Source of the DNA: Amoebidium appalachense
Lineage: Eukaryota; Protista; Ichthyosporea
Assembly: GCA_963693365.1 (NCBI GenBank)
Contig: CAVNZM010000013.1
Span: 186,001 to 250,000 of the forward strand
DNA: 64,000 bases
Direction of reading: 5' to 3'
Shown here piece by piece: positions 1-23,883 of the stretch. The position numbers and the translations under genes were made by a program. Under the pieces are notes generated by a model. It had not been told where the DNA came from, ran no database searches, and saw only the letters and a list, made by a program, of their open reading frames with translations. Numbering within the stretch: the stretch's first letter is position 1; every line of letters begins with the position of its first letter.

Positions 1-257
1 CATGTGTACATGTCCCCTCACCCACCCTGGTACAGGCACGTGTGTGACTCACACCCGGGCCTACACACACACACACACCTTCACACACACACACACACAT
101 AACTCACAATCCATGGACACACGTTCCTGCTCGTTGGTGGTATCGTTACAATAGGCCTACTGGTGCAACCGTAAGTCAGTGTGACTTGAAGTGATCTTGT
201 ATGCGACGGTGACCGGCACGTGTGCATGTGCACGTGTGTGTATCGGATGTCCTCTGG

Positions 258-869
258 AAGTACCGTGGCTCACTCTCTTTTAAGATAACAGGCAAATACG
301 GTTCAGAGCCTAAAATGTTAAGGTTTCTCGGCCGCAGGGTTCACTGAATAAGTTATCCGATCCCCCCCCCTCCCCACCCTCCCCTCCCCCGCGCGTCCTG
401 TGGGTCCTTTTTCTGGGCTGCGGTGTTTTTTTTTTTCTTTGTTTTTTTTTTTTGTGGTGCTGGTGGGTGGGTGGGGGGGGGGGGGGGGGGGAGGGGGGGG
501 GGGGGTACACATGTGCACCGTTCAGATACAAAAGATGAAGGAAAAACAAGAAAAAGAATTACTGAAAGGAAGAAAATGGTCCGACTCGCGCCGCTTCCCA
601 TGTTTCGCATGCCGAATTCTTAGGAGTCACGCGAATGTGACGCCATTGCAAAACAAGCGATTTGATTGGTTGGGACTGGTACCGGCTAAGCTAATCATTT
701 TGCAAATCAGGTGAGCTAGCCCAGGGATGATTATACCGACTAAGGTCCGACTTGACTGCCAGTCGTCAGACGTCGTAGGATCACTGAAATTGCAAAGTCG
801 TGTAGTAGTAGTCGAGTCGCCGAAGGTGCCACCTACGACTAAAGGCCCCACGACTTTTTTTTTTTTTTT

Positions 870-900
<31 letters not shown>

Positions 901-1773
901 TGCGCCAATGAAATCCTGATTAATACTATTTGCCGTGTTAATATTTGTCTTGCCGTTGGCCACATATGCATCGATACTATGAGTCCATACTACAGGGGTC
1001 ACTCACGTTTAAGTAAAAGGTAAATACGGGTTAGGGTTTTAAAAACTTAAGGTTTCTCGGCCGCAGGGTTCATTATCTTATCTCTTCCCCCCCCCCCCAG
1101 GTCCTGTAGGTCCTGTGGGTCCTTTTTCTGGTCTGTAGGAGTTTCTTTTCTTTTTTTTTCTTTTTTTCTTTTCTTTTCTTTTTTTTTTTTTTTGGGGGGG
1201 GGGGGGGGGGGAGGAGGGGGGGGGGAGGAGGAGGAAGGGGGGGCCAACACACACACACCGTGCACTGTGGGCAGTCTGTGGCACGGAGACACACATATAC
1301 ACAATGTGATACACACCGCACACACACACACACACACACCACACAGTCACACAGACACACCCAGTGACGAACGAACACAAAATCCAAATGCACACACAGA
1401 CATGTGCACACATTTTCGCACAGCACTCCCCCTCCCTCCTCCCCCCTTTCTCCCCCCTTTCTCCCCTCACCTCCCCGAATTTTTTAGGGGAAAAAAAAAA
1501 AAAAAAGACTCGTGCAGCCCAGAAAAAGGATCCACATGACAGGGGAGGAAGGGACCCAGGAAGAGGGGGGGGGGGGAGCACGCTCACATTGTGCACCGTA
1601 AGACGGAGACACACACACACACACACACACACACACATTGTGGTGCACACACGTGCGCACACTTGGCACACCACACACACATAAATACACCCAGTGACAA
1701 ACGACCACAAAATCCAAATGTACACAGTGTCACAGGCATATGCACACATTTTCGTAGAGGCCCCCTCCCCCCC

Positions 1774-1805
<32 letters not shown>

Positions 1806-1853
1806 AAAAAAAAAAAAAGGCGGCCCGTAGCCCAGAAAAAGGACCCACAGGCA

Positions 1854-1893
<40 letters not shown>

Positions 1894-1919
1894 GTGCTCA
1901 CCGTGCACCGTGACACGGA

Positions 1920-1920
<1 letters not shown>
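258..1920. repeat. Composite dispersed repeat (copy 1), probably a non-autonomous foldback/TIR-element relic
   Basis: Unit 'ggtcactcac..agataacagg..aatacgg..taaggtttctcggccgcagggttca' at ~258-345 and ~990-1072. Unit 'acacccagtgac(a/g)aacga(a/c)cacaaaatccaaatg' at ~1357 and ~1688. Motif 'gcagcccagaaaaaggacccacagg' forward at 1514 and 1827, and reverse-complemented at 397 and 1112. The same units recur at 29090-30260. Confidence 0.7.
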
Positions 1921-1979
<59 letters not shown>

Positions 1980-2147
1980 CGCGCGCGCGCGCACACACAC
2001 ACACACACACTCCCCCCCCTTCCCCCCAACTTATTGGTATCGAACCGCCTTCCCCATCCCCCCTCCCCCCCCCCCCCCCCCCCTCCCCCCCCCCCCCCCC
2101 CCACCCTCCCCTTCCTCCCCCCCACCCCCTCTTCCCCCGATCACGAT

Positions 2148-2187
<40 letters not shown>

Positions 2188-2735
2188 ACAACAACAACCA
2201 CCTACGGACCTTTCCCACCTCAGAGCACCGTTCGCTAGACGTCTCAGAAGCCTCCCCCCCCCCCCCCCCCCCCCCTCCCTCCCCTCCTTCCCCTGGGCCG
2301 GGCCCAGGCCTCTCTACAGTAAGTGCACTTGCGACGCCCACTTGAAGATCAAGAAGATATGCGCAATGCTGTAATAGGGGTCACTCACCATGATGAGGGC
2401 AATTGGTGTTAAAAGGACGCTGGAATCCTGTGGTTCAACATTTGCTCCTGTAGGGCTTGTTACCCGAATTTGAACCCCCATCCCCCCCGACCCCCCTCCC
2501 CAGGCTTAGGCCTCCCCCTCCCCCCTCCCCCTCCCACCCCCCCCCCCCAAAGGCCTCCCCCCTCCTCCCCCTTCCTCCTCCCCAATCCTCCCGCTTCCCC
2601 CTCCCCTCCTTCCCCTACCCCAACCGGAAAAGAAAAGGAAGGCCAATCAACCCCGGACCCATCAAAAACTCTCATGTGACTTGCAGGGCCCGGGTAATGG
2701 TCATATGGGTAAGCCTTAGGGAAAAGGGGGGGGAA

Positions 2736-2767
<32 letters not shown>

Positions 2768-2946
2768 AGGGGGGATCATCGTACCTCTTCGCAGGTGCGG
2801 CCGTGCAATTTCTTTTTACTGTATTACACCCCTTGCCGAGCCATGCCATCTGTACAAAGTGAACAAGCACACCACACACACGAATCTAACCCCCCCCCCC
2901 CCCCCCCCCCACACACACACACATGCGGCATGCACACACAGACGCA

Positions 2947-2987
<41 letters not shown>

Positions 2988-3042
2988 ACCTACCCATCCA
3001 CCCACCCACCCTACCACCCACCCACCCACCCACCCACCCACA

Positions 3043-3084
<42 letters not shown>

Positions 3085-3155
3085 GTCACACGCACACATG
3101 TGTACACACACACACACACACACATACACACACACACACGCACACACACACGCAC

Positions 3156-3237
<82 letters not shown>

Positions 3238-3420
3238 CCATGGCACCTCCCCCCCCGCCCCCGTGCCGGCCTTCTCACTCCTCCTCCCCCTTCCCCCCTT
3301 CCCACTCCAACCCTTCCCAGAAAAAATGCCCGGGCCCCCCGGAGAAGGGCTGAACGGGGGGGGAGAACTAGTATTATGTGCACCGGGGAAGGGGGGGGGG
3401 GGGGGGGGAAGGGGAAGTGC

Positions 3421-5105
3421 ATTTTATTTTATTTTATCGCGTTTTGTTCCCGGAGAGCCTGTGCAGGCCCTCTAGGAAGACTACCGTCTACCACACAGCA
3501 CCGACAGTACACTAGTTAAGGTGCTATCTATGAGCTCAACTTAACCTCCCAAGGTTCACAACCTAACTAGAGGTACACCCTTTGCCCAGGGCTACTACCC
3601 CAGCCACGCCGGCAGGAGGCTCCAGTCCTCCCCTCCACTCAAAACCTAGCAATAAACGTTAACCGAGGGCTCTCATTGGTCGATCTACAGTAGTGGAAAG
3701 TCCTTGAAGTGTTGTGTGTAGTATTTACGGTGGGTATGGGTGGATGATGGGGTGCGGTGGTGGTGGTGGTGGGGGGTTGCTACCTAACATTATGTGTTGT
3801 TGCACGTACGTTGTGGCAATTTTATTGTGAACTAAAGGTGGGTTTTGCAGGGCACACTGGGTCTGTGTGTGTTCCGGCATTCAGGGCAGGCTGGCCGGGT
3901 GTGTGTGGGGGGTGTGTTTGTGTGTGTTTTGGGTTTGGGGGGTGCCGTGCTTTTCTTTCTACGCGTGGTGGTTGTATGGTGAAAGTTTTGCATTTTGGGG
4001 TGGGGGGGGGGGGAGTGTGGCGTTCCATGGGTGCCAAATTTTAGAAAAGAAACCGAGGCTGCAGTTCTAGCTAGATCTACTGTGATTTTTCCTAAGATGG
4101 CCCGGGTGGTGGTCTTGGTGGTGCCGGTGGCTGCTAATAGTACGCCCACCGATCGTGGGCAGAACCCTCGTTCCAGCCACTTGATGTCCTCGGGGTCTGG
4201 TGGGTCTCCGTTGCCTCCTATCCAGTTTATCCATGCACATTGGTCTACCACCGTGGCTGCCGTGTGTTGGTGCTGTGCCGTGGGGGTGTTTGGGTGACGA
4301 GTGTGCAGGACGTTGTGGATGCAGGCTGTGATGGCACGGTGGTCAGCGTGGGGACCTCCCCGGCGTGGGCCGGGCAGGCCCAGAGGTGGGTGGGCGGTCT
4401 CCAGGTGCTGGCTGCAACGGGGGCATGTGGGCTGTGTAACGACGGACGGGTGATCACGGTGTAGCTGTGTCATGGTAGGCAGGGTGCCCATGGCCAGGGA
4501 CTGGCTACGAGTGTTGCCTTTGACGGCCCCGATGGCCCGTGCTGGCCCCTTGTTGAGCTTGAGGGGCTTCCGTTCGGCTGGTAGCAATCTGGGGTCGGCT
4601 AGTATTGACATAGCCTTGGTCTTGCCGGCCATGTCGGTCATGAGGAAGTCCTTGTTCAACCGGTTCATTGTACCGGGAATGTTGCCGGGGATAGGGTGGC
4701 CTTGTAGTCGTAGGAAGTATTTACCCCCCCCCGGGGCCGGAGGTGGGGGGGGGGGGGGGGGGGGGGGGGAGGGGGGGGGGGGGAGGGGAGGGGGGGGGGG
4801 GGGAGGGTTCTGCCTACATTGGCCGCCCGGCTTATCTGGAGCCTGGTTGCCGTAGGGAGAGTTGGTTTCCGGCGTACGTGGGCCCATTCAACTATGTGGG
4901 GGAATTTTAGCTTCCGTAGAGGGGGTGTGGTGGGGTCCATATTGGCCCCCCATCAGTTGACTACTCCGAGGTTATCGAGCTTGATGTGGATGGGGGTGGT
5001 GGTGGGGGTGAGTAGGAGGGCTAGTAGTACCCCTGTACGTTCGGCCTGGGTGGATGATAGGGCCGTATGGATCCTGGTCTTGGCCGTCACTGGTGGTGCT
5101 AGAAG
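3421..5105 (-). mobile_element. 5'-truncated, decayed non-LTR retrotransposon (RNase H plus C-terminal Cys/His zinc knuckle)
   Basis: Minus-strand translation at ~5095-4955 gives TALSSTQAERTGVLLALLLTP...IHIKLDNLGVVN (RNase H SSxxAE and DN motifs). It continues with VEWAHV, YGNQAPD and LPTMTQLHRDHP...CPRCSQHLET..HLWACP across frameshifts (ORFs 3832..4887, 4245..4457, 4665..4940). An (ATAAA)n-like tail lies at 3421-3437. Stops and frameshifts are present. Confidence 0.8.
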
Positions 5106-5387
5106 GGGAAGTGCAGGTGACACTGTTACAATTCATGCCATAATGATTTGGGCCAACCATGCAAGCTGCATGCAATACAAAAGTGTGGATCTGGAGGCAT
5201 CTAGAAATGCACACAGCTTAAGTGTGCACTTGCCTTGTTTTGGTTTTGTGGCAAAGAGTTGTTCTTTTGTTTGGTTTTTGGGTTTGAAAGGAGGTTGCTT
5301 GGGGTTTTAACGGTTATTAGAGTAATTAATGCGACTATTTCTTCCCCCTTCAACGTTGGCTTCTGATGGTCTTTGCAGGCGTGTTGA

Positions 5388-5455
<68 letters not shown>

Positions 5456-5459
5456 CACA

Positions 5460-5546
<87 letters not shown>

Positions 5547-5739
5547 GCGCGCGCACGCACGCACGCACGTGCGCACGCGCGCGCGCACGCACGCACGCAA
5601 GCACGCACACACGCGCGCATACGTGCACGCACGCACACACGCACGCGCGCACGCGCAGACGTTCATGCACACGCACACGCGCATGCGCGCGCACACATGC
5701 ACGCGCACACACGCACGTACACGCACACACGCACATGCC

Positions 5740-5815
<76 letters not shown>

Positions 5816-5828
5816 CACACGCACGCAC
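5388..5828. repeat. (GCAC)n tetranucleotide microsatellite
   Basis: Directly visible: two long pure tracts separated by a degenerate middle. Confidence 0.95.
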
Positions 5829-6833
5829 AAACCACTGTGTGTGTGTCTGTATGCGTGTGTTGAATGGGGATGGCGGGGGGGAAAGGGGGGAGGGGGGTAA
5901 AGGAGGGGGAAGGGGGAAGGGTTTCTTCTGGCCCAGGGGGCACGGATGAAGTGGGGAGTACGGATCTGCACTGCACGATACCATACTTCATGTTGCTTTA
6001 ACAATTGTCGTATGGAAAAAAGCAAAGAAACGGCGTGGGCCAATTGCAACCAAGGTGCATTGCCATGCGCATGGATGCTGCAGCAGTATTTGTGATGTCG
6101 AAAACATGTGCTGTATACGCCTAAACTGCAGATTGTGAGTGTGCCAACGCCTAATGATTGTGGCGCGTGGTTGAAATTTTGTGTTACAGTGGAACCCCCC
6201 CCTCCCCCCACCCCTTCAGGAGGCTCCCACACAGATCTCACACAGCACAAGTTGGTAGTTCTTTTGTTGGCTTGCCTAGACTAGATCGAGCAATTGCAAC
6301 CTGTTTTTTGTTGATTTATCTCGGCTCGGAAATTTTGTTCGGAGCATTCACCACGCACATGACCCTGACACAGCAGCACGTGACACACACACACACACAC
6401 ACACAAACGCACACAAATACACACACCCCCACACACGCACCCCCACACACGCATACACACACGCACAGCGATTTAGCGCGCGCACGTGCACGAGCACGGT
6501 AATGCACAAGCACATGCGCACACGCGCGCGCACACTGTACATGTGTACAGACACACGTGCACACACACACAGACACGTTCAAACACATAAAAACACATAC
6601 GCGCGCGCACACACAAAATACTCACACACACACAAAATACAACGTGACACCGTGCAGATACAAAAGCACATGCACACACACACACATGTACACAAGCAAC
6701 ACCTTGACACACACACACACACACACACACACATGCACACAGACACACACACACGCACAACTGATACACGCACACACGCACACACGCACACACGCACACA
6801 CGCACACACGCACACACGCACACACGCAAACAC

Positions 6834-6923
<90 letters not shown>

Positions 6924-7250
6924 CAGCACACGCCACAACTGCAGTGCATGCGCCAATCACCCGAGGGCGGTGAGGATGACTACGTGATTTAGACAGGGGT
7001 TGCCCGGGTTGGGTCAATGCGATTCCGTAACGCAAACCCCGGATTTAGATTCAATCGAAACGCTTTTTGGCACAAAGTTTTCAGAAGTGAATTCGAAAGT
7101 CATGATCAAACGTTGTGCATGGCCGGGCCCGTTACTAACGGTGGCACGTGACCTTTATAGTGCTATCCGATGAACAAGACACAAATTTACATGTATATTT
7201 TATATTACTCGTTTGCCTCTAATATTCAAGCGGCCGCAGCGAATGCACAG

Positions 7251-16545
<9,295 letters not shown>

Positions 16546-16748
16546 GTCGACCCATATCGGGCTCAAAGTAAAATGATCATTCGCATGTATGATATCCCCC
16601 CGTTGCTAACACACATGTTGTTTGCCAGTGATTACATAGCAGCACTTCATAGTGGATGATCAAAACTCCTTCCCCCCCCCCTCCCCCCCCCCACCCCCCT
16701 CCCCCCACAAAACACGCACACCACCACCACCACCACCACCACCACCAT

Positions 16749-16966
<218 letters not shown>

Positions 16967-18636
16967 CTAAGGCCTAGAAGCTCCTGTGCTGTGTGTGGGT
17001 TTCGCAGTACGAGTGCTTGTGTGATGGTGGTTGGACACGGGGTATTGTCATAGGAAAAGGGGGAGATTAAAAGGCTGGAAGAATAAGATCCGTAGTAAGT
17101 CACGCACGTTTTAGGACACAGTCAAGTAGCAGTCAAACATGGGTAACTGGGGAAAGAAGCAGCAAACATTCACTGTGTGAACGTGATGCGCGTTGATAAA
17201 CGTCTGCAATAAAGACGGCCAATGCCATGGATGTTAGCCAGGGTTGCTTGAAAATATCCGTATGATTCTGTTTACTGTTTCTGGGCAAATGTGCCTTGGC
17301 CAAGTCTGTCTTCGATTAGTATACGCAGTACACGAAAGATCTAATCTATTTAGAAAGATCTAATCTATTTAGAGCGCTTACGCGAACAGACATCCTTGGT
17401 GTAGAGAATAACTATGCGCCTCATGCGCTAGATATCCTCTTGCACTTGAGCGATGAACGGTTCCTACTACTAGAATGCTCAGAAGTTCATTTTCCTTTTT
17501 TTGCCCTTCTCTTAATTCTCACTTTTGGGGTGGCCCTGTTGCCAATATTAGCCAGCGTACACTGTACTCCTCTAATATGCGGCATTTCTTTAAATGAGGA
17601 GAAACCCCGTCGCAACTAACATCTAAAAAACTGCGCTAACCTGACATAAGGCTCTATACAGGCCTTGGTAATACAGCATATGTCAGTTACACACCCCATA
17701 TATTGTCGTTTACAGCTTTGTTGTCTTTTATTTTTTGTTCCCCTTCCTTCAGCTGTGCAAACGAAGTATTTACTTACTCAGTGACCTGGCGGAAACCGGT
17801 TTTGGCGCGCTAATGCCAAATAAAATCCGTCGTCGTTATCGGATGTTACACTGAGACATGATCACCAACGAACCGGAAGTCAGAAAAGGTAGAACAACCA
17901 ATAGGAATATGTAAAACTACGATCTTTATGTCTTACATAGATAATTCGTGATATCTGCTAAAGATAAAACTACAATGTAATCTAACTTTTTATCGAATGC
18001 TTGAGCAAACGCCATAGGGATTTAACGTGTAGTAAAAGCTTTGTGATATTGCCGGCTACATCGATTTGCTCACAGCATATAAACAAAGACAGGCAGGCAT
18101 CCATGCTTCAGTCTGTCGTCTCTTTCGCTTGTTTGTGCAGCCCTTCGTGGACCCAACATCTAAAGGTTGACTAACATGACTTCCCTTATTCTATGGCATA
18201 CGCAAATTCAGCTGAAGCTGTAGATGAAGCTGTAGTGAATGCTACCAATAGCAGAGTGCTCTGTCTTAACATCGACAGATGGAGCACCATGAATCCAGAT
18301 GATGATAGGTAGGTATAGGAAAAAGAGACCCGGTCAAGGGAACAAGGGCGGGTTGGAAGAGAGCCCGAGGAGGAGGGGGGGAGGGAGGAGGGGATAAGGG
18401 GAGTATGGGTGGTGGGTTTGTAGAAAAGGGGGTAGGGTTGGGAAGAGTGGCTATGTGCGTGCGTGCGTGCGTGTGTGGTAGTGGTGGTGGTGGTGTTGGC
18501 ATAGGGAGTGGGAGGGGAAGGGGGGAGGGGAGAGGGGGGAGGTTGAGGAGGAGGAGAGCGGGGGGGAGGAGGGGTAAAGAGGCCATCAATCATGAGATTC
18601 AGCAAGAGTTAAAAAAAGCACATTGCATTGCAGAAA

Positions 18637-18769
18637 ATGGCAGCTACCACGAAGGTTGCCCATGGGTTCCGGACTGCAGCTGCGGAAACCTTCATCAAGA
18701 AGAGGGGCGGACTCGATGTGGCCTTCATCTCGAGTGATCGCCCGTGCAACGCTGCTGGCGTGTTTACAC

Positions 18770-18820
<51 letters not shown>

Positions 18821-19064
18821 TCTGTGTGTGTCTGTGTGTGTGTGTGTGTGCGCGTGTGCACACATGCTCTCGTGTGTAGAAGCAGAAATTAAATTTCCAT
18901 TTTCGGTCACGATGGTGCCATACCCCTCCCACACCTTCCTTTTTCTCCTCCCCACCTTGTGTTTAGGGCTCCGAACACAGTTTTCTCTCCGTGTGTATGT
19001 TCCCCCCCTCCCCCCCTCCCCCCCTCCCCCCCCCCCCCCCCCGGCGCACCTGCCTTCTTTCGGC

Positions 19065-19095
<31 letters not shown>

Positions 19096-19593
19096 ATCCA
19101 CAACAACGACGGTCCCTCGTCATCTCTTCTTTTCTTAACTTACCTTTTTCGTCATCACTCTGTCGTCCCCCCCCCCCCCCCCCCCCCCCGGCCTTGTTCC
19201 TCCTGACCTTCTTCGGATATAGCCAGGCCCGTTATTCATTCCTCCTTTCATCATTGACAAAAATAATTCTGCATACAGGGTTTCCGCGGCCCTCTAATAA
19301 GCACACACACACCCCAGAACCGCTTCACGGCTGCCCCCGTGATTATTTCCCGGGCCAACCTCCAGGCCCACGGAAACAACGGCATTGGAAATGTTGTTGT
19401 CAATAGGTGCTTCCCCCCCCCCCCCCCCCCCCCCCTTCCCCCCCTCCCCCCCCCCCCCCCCCTGAACCACCACCACCATGGCTCTAGTATTGCCACCACT
19501 CACACATACCTTTCATACACATCACCTACCGCCCGCAATCTGTTCCCTCCCCCCCCCCACACCCCCCCAACCCCACCCCACACACACACAGTG

Positions 19594-19669
<76 letters not shown>

Positions 19670-19674
19670 TGTCA

Positions 19675-19715
<41 letters not shown>

Positions 19716-22700
19716 ACAAACACATACAAACCCTCCACACATCCCCCCTCCCCCCCCCTCCCTCCGTCCCCTCATACTTCATCATCTCTGCATCCATTTT
19801 GTTTCCGTGGCCCTCCCCCTCTCGTCCCCAGCCACAGTCCACCCCAACCCTAGTCGACTCCACTTCACACCCTACCCCCCTTCTGCCATTTCCGGCTCTT
19901 TCTCTGTTCACCGGTCCCTACCGCACAAAAACCACTGATTTTTTCCTCTTCCTTTTTCAGATCATAGCCATACTTGTACTCTTAATCAACCCCCCCCCCC
20001 CCCCCTCCCCCGGGCCCCACCCACCCACCCACCCACACATACACACATACAAATAGAAATATCCTCCTTCTGCCCTTTACACTCCCTCTCTTATCCGTTT
20101 TAACCACACACTATCACACTCATGCATTCGTTGACCCTTTCACACATATCCCCCCCCCTCCCCCCCCCCCCCCCCCCCCCCCAAACACCTTATCCTTCCC
20201 AGCTCACCTCCCCTTCTTCCACTTCCCTCCACACACATATGCACACACACAAACACACACATACACGCACACACATGTACACACATGTGCACACGTACAC
20301 CCATCCACCCACACACACGTACACACACACACTCCCCCCTCCCCCCCCCTGCTCACACACGCACACATACGTATCTTCCCCCCCCCCCCCCACACACACA
20401 CGTGCACACACGTATACACATGCAGCAGCTGTGCCAACGCCTGCACTGGTGAGCAGGGGCAGGAGAATGCTCGTCAGATGGCCCAGTTGGGTTCTGACTA
20501 CGGATTGGTTAAGGGCCTGAGCACACTGATCATGTCAACGGGTGTGATTGGCCAGCACCTACCCATGGATAAGATCACAAACGGTACGTGTGTGGTCTGG
20601 CCCGACCTGACCCGACCCGACCCGATTCGGTTTGGTCGGTATCTCCATGAATGTAGTTATGTGTCGGTTGGACGCAAAAGAGATTTCATAGAAATAGATA
20701 GATTGCTATAGAAACATTTAGGAGATCTCACACTTATGTCCACGGGCGTGATTGGCCAGCACCCGCCCATGGATAAAAATTGCCAACGGTACGTGTGGTT
20801 GCCTCGACTCGACCCGGCTCGGACCCGATTCGCTCCAAATCGATTGGAGCCGATTCTATTTAATCAGTTTTCTGTAGTTGCCCGTCGGTTGGTCATTGAG
20901 CAATATATAGAGTAGATGGATGGAAATGGAAACGTATTTGTTTTGACGTCACCAATCACGCCACTGATTTCGCCGTCGATGTCACTAAGCGCAACGACTG
21001 TTTTCATGCCTACACAAACGCGCGCGCGCGCGCACACACACACACACACACACATACACACATGGTCGTCTTTTTCAATATCACCATACATGGTGTGCCA
21101 TCAAGAAACACCGACAGGTTATTCACATTCCGACTGGAATATATATTGGTTTTTGCTGACTTTTTTTGTTGGTGTTGATGCTTTGTGCAGGGATCAAGAC
21201 TGCTGCCGGCAGCCTTTCTGAGACCTATGAGGGGTGGACCCATGCAGCAAAGGGCATCATGACCACAGACACGGTGGTACATGTGTGTGTGTGGGGGGGG
21301 GGAGGGCGGACGGGGGGGGGGGGGGGGGGGGGGGGGGAGGGGAAGGGGGGGGGGGGGGATTGGGGAAGGGGGGTTAGAGGGAGGGTGTGTGTCTGTTGGG
21401 GGGTAAGGGGAGTGGAAGTGTGTGTGTGTGTGGGTGGGGAGGGGGGAAGGGAGGGGGAAGGGGTGTGTGCCAGGAAGGAGGACGGGGAGGGAGTGTGTGC
21501 GTGTGTGTGTGTGGGGGGGGGGGGGGGGGGGGGGGGGGGGCAAGGAAGGTGGCGGAAAGGTGGAAGAAAAGAGAAGGAGAGGATAGTTATATACTTTTTC
21601 TGTGTTTGTGTGTGTGTGGGGAGTGTGGGGCGGGGGAGGGGAGGGAACGAAAGTAGTATAGTCTGTAAGCTTATATACGCCTATGCTTGTGTGGTGGTGG
21701 TGGTGTGGGGGGGGGGGAGAAAAGGAACGATAGGTGGAGATGGGTGTAGTTGAGGGGACGGGGGGCCTGCTATCGTGGTGGGGGGGAGAGGGGAGGGGGG
21801 GGGGGGGGGGAGGGGGGGGGGGGGGCTGGTAACGGCCATGGGTATGTGGAACGAAAGAAGGTGGGTTTTGTTTTTTGGGCGGGGAAGGGGGGAGGGGGTC
21901 GTGTCTGATACAAGATGTGTGCTATGCGGAGGAGAGGAATAGCAAGATTGTGACTAGATTTTCACCAACCACAATGGTTAGTTGGTAGCACGACTTAGAG
22001 CATATTCACAAACCATTTGGGTCGGTTGATAACCTAATTTGGGAATGGTATGCAGCACAAGCTGCTGACGTGGTCTGTGGAGCTGCCCGGGGTGAAGGAG
22101 GAGATCACCCTCACCGGTATCACTAAGGGCGTGGGCATGATCCACCCAAATATGGTAGGTCCTGCTTTTTATGGCAGGTGCTTTTTTTGGCTCATAACTT
22201 TACTTCTTATAGTTTACATCAATAGACCTCTCCACGGCCGGCCGGCTGAAATCGCACGGGATTATATCTTCGTCAGCGAAGACCAAAATTTACCATGTTA
22301 CTGGTGGTTTTCTTCGATTTTCTAGGCTTTAAAGTTGTCAGAGCCTAACCAAAAACTCACAAACAACCCAGGAGAATAATACACGTCTATTGGTACCATT
22401 CATTCCTAAGCGAGACGCTAAGTTGCAAAGGTTTACTTAGTACAACCATGTTTTTCTCCCCTTTGGCGGCGGCGTCGCAGCCCGCAGCATTTGACCTTCG
22501 CTCGATCAGATTGCGGTGAACCAAAAATTTCTTATCCGTGGCGGCTAAGATGAGCTGGTTGAACAGAGTTCTACTTATAAGAAGTTTGCGATATTGCGTC
22601 TTGCTAGGCAACAAATGGTGTCAAAAAACGCCTTTTTTCATGCTGCGTATTCTGCGCTAAGGGTGTCTAGGCTTAATGTGTATTAACACCGCCATAATCG

Positions 22701-22946
22701 ATGGATAAGGCCGGATCCATATGATATATTGAAAAAGTTTGGCGAAGTTTTAATCCAGTCGGTGGCTCACGGAGAGGTCTATAGTTCCTTTAATGCATGA
22801 GATATTGTGAACTGTGCCCAACCCTAATTATGGTTTAGGCTGGCTAGGTATGCATGTTGTGGGACGGTGGAAAACACTGTGCCCAAATATGGCTCATCCT
22901 TGATTGGCTGGGTGTCATTTTGTGCGTGCTTCAGATAAATGGTGTC

Positions 22947-23026
<80 letters not shown>

Positions 23027-23725
23027 CGCTCTCCATTATTCTTGCTCTTGCATATGATTCCCCCCCCCCCCTCCCCCCGGGCCGTACCCCACCCCCTCCC
23101 CCACCCCCCGAGCACCCGCCCCCGCATAAGCGCAACACACTTGCTTGCTGCATGCTCCCCGTCTCTGTACATACGGATAGCTCCTCGTGGCCCTCCTTCC
23201 TCTTTTTCTTTCATAGAGCTCTTGATTCCGACAAATCGCCCCCTTCCCCCTCTCCTCCCATCCCCCCACCCCACCCCACCCCACCCCACCCGACCCAACG
23301 TCTTTCTCCCGGCACACACACACACACGGACACCTTCCCTTTACTAACACGACCAGCCTTGTACTGCCTGTCAACCTCTCGACAAGAAAAACTTGCCTCA
23401 GAATGACCAAGAAAAAAAAAGAAAAAAAAAAGAAAAAGAAAAAGAAAGATCTCGGGCAAACAATTCCCCTTTAACCCTTTCTGGTTGCAGGCCACGATGC
23501 TGTGTGTGATGGCCACCGATGCCAACATCCACCCCAACCTTTTGAACCAGGTAACAAAAATACTCCCCCCCCCCCCCCCCCCCCCCTCCCCCCTTCCCCC
23601 CGCGCTCCACACACACACACACACACACACATACACACACTGTTATGAAGACGTGCACACACACACACACACACAACTCTGGTGGCACTTGGCCTAGATG
23701 TGCTGTGACAACAAATACACTCTCT

Positions 23726-23758
<33 letters not shown>

Positions 23759-23830
23759 CCTTCTCTCTCTCTCTCTCTCACTCTCGCTCTCTCACTCTCT
23801 CTCTCCCTGTCTCTCTCTCTCTCTCGTTCA

Positions 23831-23883
<53 letters not shown>

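Noticed and set aside
818-840. AEGATY as a displaced ArgJ DGEGATK motif (and RLANG at ~34425)
   Set aside because: Short chance matches with no flanking similarity; the first is followed at once by a stop.
18193-18308. Upstream ATG exon (MAYANSAEAV...) as an ArgJ N-terminal extension
   Set aside because: Its donor (18309) is phase 2 and joins the 18634 acceptor out of frame. It may be a 5' UTR exon. The true start or targeting peptide is unresolved; an alternative 18103-18165 exon would be in frame but is unsupported.
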